Below, one piece after another: positions 60,666 through 64,000 of a stretch of DNA of 64,000 nt. The first letter of the stretch is position 1. Each line of letters opens with the position of its first letter. The notes beneath the pieces are model-generated. The model saw only the letters and a list, made by a program, of their open reading frames with translations. It was not told where the DNA came from and made no database searches. Source of the DNA: an uncultured delta proteobacterium (GTDB lineage Bacteria > Myxococcota_A > UBA9160 > SZUA-336); NCBI GenBank assembly GCA_963704165.1, contig CAVPHD010000001.1, positions 1 through 64,000 of the forward strand. The letters run 5' to 3'. A program made the position numbers and the translations under genes.

Positions 60666-61123
60666 CCTGCGCCGAGCGCCGGGCGGAGTTCGCGGCCTAC
60701 CTGGACGGAGAGCTGGGGCCGAACGAGCGCTCCGAGCTCGCCTCCCACCTCGAGGGCTGCGTGGTCTGCCAGGCGGCCCTCGATTCGGAGCGCCAGCTCT
60801 CTCTCGCACTCGGCGACCTGCCTCCGGTAGAGCTGCCGCCCGATTTCGAGGCGCGCTTCTGGGCGCGAATCGCCCACGAGCAAGATGCGCCGAAGGGATG
60901 GACCGCTCGACTCCTGAGTCGGCGTCTGGCTCTCGGTCTGGGAGGGGCCGCGGCGGTGGCCGCCGCGGCGGTGCTCATGCTGCGCAACCGGCTCCCGGCC
61001 GAGGTCGAAGCCGACCTGCCGATCGTCGCGAGCGCCCGGGACTTCGAGCTGCTCGAGGACCCCGACCTCGAGCTGATCGAGGTGGTCGATCTGCTGCTCG
61101 AGATGGAGGGGGACCAGGGATGA
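60662..61123 (+). CDS. zinc-binding (zf-HC2/ZAS) transmembrane anti-sigma factor
   Basis: MTC..YLDGEL..HLEGCVVC (HxxxCxxC) and one TM segment. ATGA overlap with the sigma gene. Confidence 0.88.
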   Translation: MTCAERRAEFAAYLDGELGPNERSELASHLEGCVVCQAALDSERQLSLALGDLPPVELPPDFEARFWARIAHEQDAPKGWTARLLSRRLALGLGGAAAVAAAAVLMLRNRLPAEVEADLPIVASARDFELLEDPDLELIEVVDLLLEMEGDQG

Positions 61124-61530
61124 GGATCCCGAACGTCGTGCACCGACGTGCCTTCCTGATCTCGTGCGCGGTTGCGCTCGGAGTTGCCGCGCTACCCGTG
61201 CACGCCCGCGCGGACGAGAAGGCGCCGGCGAACTCGGCGAGGGAACGCTGGCGGAAGCTCTCTCCGAAGCAGCGTGAGAAGCTGCGCGAGCGCTACCGCG
61301 ACTTCAAGAAGCTCCCGGCCCAGGACCAGGCTCGCGTGCGCAAGAACTTCGAGCGCTGGCAGAAGCTCTCCCCGGAGCAAAGACGAGCGGCGCGCGGCCA
61401 GTACAAGCGCTGGCAGGAGCTTCCGCCCGAGAAGCGCGACAAGCTGCGCGAGCGCTGGCGCTCGCTCACGCCCGAGCAGCGCAAAGAGCTGCGCAAGCGC
61501 CGCGGTGGACGCCCTCCCAAGCCGTCCTGA
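61120..61530 (+). CDS. DUF3106-like helical repeat protein
   Basis: Signal peptide, then repeats WRKLSPKQR, FKKLPAQDQ, WQKLSPEQR, WQELPPEKR and WRSLTPEQR. Confidence 0.82.
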   Translation: MRIPNVVHRRAFLISCAVALGVAALPVHARADEKAPANSARERWRKLSPKQREKLRERYRDFKKLPAQDQARVRKNFERWQKLSPEQRRAARGQYKRWQELPPEKRDKLRERWRSLTPEQRKELRKRRGGRPPKPS

Positions 61531-61566
61531 CGTAGAATGGCTGCAAGAACCAGGGAGGACTTCGCG

Positions 61567-62475
61567 ATGGGTGTGCTCGATGGAAAGGTAGCGATCGTGA
61601 CGGGCGCAGGACGCGGCATCGGCCGTGAGATCGCGCTCGACTTCGCCCGCAACGGCGCGAGCGTGGTGGTGAACGATCTGGGCGGAAACGCAGACGGCAC
61701 CGGCTCCGGGCGCATCGCCGACGACGTCGTCGCCGAGATCGCGAAGCTCGGCGGCAAGGCCGTGGCGAACTACGACTCGGTCGCGACGATGGCGGGCGGT
61801 CTCGCGATCTTCCAGTCCGCGCTGAAGGCATTCGGCGCCTGCGACATCCTGGTGAACAACGCCGGGATCCTGCGCGACAAGACGATCTTCAACATGGACG
61901 AGAGCGACTGGGATACGGTCATCGCGGTCCACCTGAAGGGTCACTTCTGCTGCACGCAGCCGTTCGCGCGCTACATCCGCGAAACGAATCGGCGCGGCTG
62001 CCGGATCATCAACTTCTCGTCGGTATCGGGCCTGTTCGGCAACTTCGGGCAATCGAACTACGGCGCGGCGAAGTCGGGCATTGCCGGTTTCTCGCGCGTG
62101 TTGGCGCTCGAGCTCGCGAAGTACGGCTGCACCGTGAACACGATCTCGCCGGGAGCGGCCACCCGCATGACGATCCCACTGATGGAGGGCCGCGGCGCGC
62201 AGGTGGACCCGGAGAACCCGCTCACCGGCCCGCAGCAGATCGCGCCGGTCGTCAGCTGGCTCAGCTCGGCCGCAGCGCAGGAGTGCACCGGGCAGATCAT
62301 CCACGTGATGCGCGGACAGCTCGCGATCATGCAGCAGCCGGCGCTGATCCGGGATTTCTCGACCGACCACCTCTGGACGCAGGACGATCTCGACCGCGTC
62401 ATTCCGGCGCTTCTGGCCGCCAAGAAGGCGCACGACGAGCGGGTGAAGAAGGAAGCCGAGCCCGAGCCGATCTAG
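61567..62475 (+). CDS. SDR family oxidoreductase (3-hydroxyacyl-CoA dehydrogenase-like)
   Basis: TGAGRGIG, VVNDLG, NNAGILRD and catalytic GQSNYGAAKSG (YxxxK). Confidence 0.92.
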   Translation: MGVLDGKVAIVTGAGRGIGREIALDFARNGASVVVNDLGGNADGTGSGRIADDVVAEIAKLGGKAVANYDSVATMAGGLAIFQSALKAFGACDILVNNAGILRDKTIFNMDESDWDTVIAVHLKGHFCCTQPFARYIRETNRRGCRIINFSSVSGLFGNFGQSNYGAAKSGIAGFSRVLALELAKYGCTVNTISPGAATRMTIPLMEGRGAQVDPENPLTGPQQIAPVVSWLSSAAAQECTGQIIHVMRGQLAIMQQPALIRDFSTDHLWTQDDLDRVIPALLAAKKAHDERVKKEAEPEPI

Positions 62476-62499
62476 CCGGGGTTGCGTTAGCCTAGGGCG

Positions 62500-64000
62500 A
62501 TGGCCCTCCCGCTGATCCAAGTCATGGACACGACGCTTCGCGACGGCGAGCAGACGCCGGGCGTTGCGTACACGCCATCGGAGAAGCTCGAGCTCGCGCG
62601 GCTTCTCCTGGACTCGGTGCGGGTCGATCGGATCGAGATTGCGCAGGTCTTCGTCTCGGAGGGCGAGGTCGAGGCGGTCCGGCGGATTTCGAGCTGGGCG
62701 CGCAAGAACGGCCACGCGGAGAAGAGCGAGATCCTGGGTCTGGTCGATGGTCGACGGTCGGTCGATTGGATCGTCGATCACGGAGCTGGCGCCCTGAACC
62801 TGTTGACGAAGGGCTCGCGCCGGCATTGCGAGGGACAGCTCCGCAAGACCCCCGAGCTGCACTTCAAGGAAATCGCGGAGACCGTCCGCTACGCACGTTC
62901 TCGAAAGCTCGTCGTGAACGTCTACCTCGAGGACTGGTCGCAGGGCGTCCGCGACAGCTTCGACTACGTCTTCGGCCACGTTCAGAACCTGAGCGGCCTG
63001 GGCGTGAAGCGCGTCTACCTTCCAGACACCCTCGGCGTGATGACACCGGACGACGTCACGCGCTACGTCGGCTTGATGACGCGAACCTGGCCGGATGTCC
63101 ACTTCGAGTTCCACGGTCACGGCGACTACGGACTCGCGACGGCGAACTGCCTGGCCGCGATCGCAGCGGGAGCGCGCGGCGTGCACACGAGCGTGAACGG
63201 CATGGGCGAGCGCGCGGGCAACACGCGCCTCGCGGAGGTCGTCGCAGCACTCCACGACTTGACGGATTTCCGAACGGGCATCGACGAACGCCGACTGGTC
63301 GCGGTCTCCGAGATCGTCGCGACGCTCTCGGGCAAGACCGTCGCCGACAACGCCCCCGTCGTCGGCCGCGACGTATTCACGCAGACGGCCGGCATCCACG
63401 CGGACGGGGACGCGAAGGCCGATCTCTACCTGACGCGGCTGTCCCCCGCGCGCTTCGGGCGGCGACGCCGTTACGCGCTCGGCAAGATGGCGGGCAAGGC
63501 CTCGATCGATCAGAACCTGAAGACGCTCGGCATCAAGTTGCCCGCAGAGAAGCGCGACCTGGTGCTTCGACGCATCGTCGAGCTCGGCGACAAGAAGCAC
63601 AACGTCACACCGGAAGATCTGCCGCTGATCATCGCCGACGTCCTGAAGACCCCGAGCGAGTCACTCGTTCGGATCGAGCGCTACGAGTTCCACTCCGAGA
63701 GCGACGGCGAACCGCGAGCGTCCGTGTCGATCCGGTACCGCGGCAAGGTCGAGTCCGCCGCCGCCGCGGGCGACGGCGGCTACGACGCCTTCATGAAGGC
63801 GCTCGCCAAGGCCGTGCGCGCCTTCGACCTGAAGCTGCCCCAGCTGGTCGATTACAAGGTCCGGATCCCGCCCGGCGGGAAGACCGGTGCGCTCGTGGAA
63901 ACCCTGATCAGCTGGCAGACGAGCGCGCGAGCGCAGCCCTTCAACACGATCGGCGTCGATCCGGATCAGCTCGCGGCCGCGGTGATCGCCACAGAGAAGA
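62500..64000 (+). CDS. cimA: (R)-citramalate synthase-like LeuA-family enzyme with regulatory domain (runs off the window end; absent from the ORF track)
   Basis: MDTTLRDGEQTPGVAYTPSEKL, RVDRIEIA, NLLTKGS, NVYLEDWS, FEFHGHGDYGL, TAGIHADGD, YALGKMAGKAS, DYKVRIPPGG and GVDPDQL: the Leptospira/Bacteroidetes-type CimA pattern. Confidence 0.8.
   Translation, partial: MALPLIQVMDTTLRDGEQTPGVAYTPSEKLELARLLLDSVRVDRIEIAQVFVSEGEVEAVRRISSWARKNGHAEKSEILGLVDGRRSVDWIVDHGAGALNLLTKGSRRHCEGQLRKTPELHFKEIAETVRYARSRKLVVNVYLEDWSQGVRDSFDYVFGHVQNLSGLGVKRVYLPDTLGVMTPDDVTRYVGLMTRTWPDVHFEFHGHGDYGLATANCLAAIAAGARGVHTSVNGMGERAGNTRLAEVVAALHDLTDFRTGIDERRLVAVSEIVATLSGKTVADNAPVVGRDVFTQTAGIHADGDAKADLYLTRLSPARFGRRRRYALGKMAGKASIDQNLKTLGIKLPAEKRDLVLRRIVELGDKKHNVTPEDLPLIIADVLKTPSESLVRIERYEFHSESDGEPRASVSIRYRGKVESAAAAGDGGYDAFMKALAKAVRAFDLKLPQLVDYKVRIPPGGKTGALVETLISWQTSARAQPFNTIGVDPDQLAAAVIATEK

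Noticed and set aside
60098..61123. Apparent sigma/anti-sigma fusion ORF
   Set aside because: Sigma region 4 continues in another frame and stops at 60665. The fusion arises from an indel near 60535.

Overview
This is a gene-dense, very GC-rich (about 70% by eye) bacterial chromosomal segment. Gene content (Bat operon, NtrBC, exosortase/PEP-CTERM, OmpA, LPS-type kinase) points to a Gram-negative organism, plausibly a Myxococcota/deltaproteobacterial lineage, though the taxonomy is inference only. About 59 protein-coding genes can be supported. They are mostly housekeeping or metabolic: batA/B/D-like genes, mobA-moeA, ntrBC-thiE-nupC, a small HK/RR pair, a PLP Cys/Met enzyme, panE, asd, acetoacetate-CoA ligase, two citrate synthase-family genes, a carboxyltransferase, an enoyl-CoA hydratase, an exosortase, ABC exporters, folC, patatin, comM, ltaE, leuA, sppA, a UbiB-family kinase, an ECF sigma/anti-sigma pair and cimA (truncated by the window edge). 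I saw no rRNA, tRNA, CRISPR array, IS, integrase or phage genes. Many genes carry single-base frameshifts, most likely long-read consensus errors, so several coordinates are reconstructed across frames. The most notable signals are: (1) a complete leucine attenuator (promoter, Leu-rich leader peptide, antiterminator, terminator) ahead of a short LeuA that lacks the allosteric domain; (2) a divergent citrate synthase / HTH-citrate synthase pair separated by an array of TTGAT/ATCAA palindromes; (3) a YddA/BacA-like ABC transporter with Walker A, signature and Walker B all degenerate, convergent with a cytoplasmic GH5 glucanase; (4) an NtrC-type box and a separate perfect 18-bp palindrome in intergenic regions; (5) an envelope cluster of a Ca-binding-repeat lipoprotein, a VWA protein, OmpA and an M28 glutaminyl-cyclase-like lipoprotein. 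I cannot claim a definitely novel multi-gene system from sequence alone.
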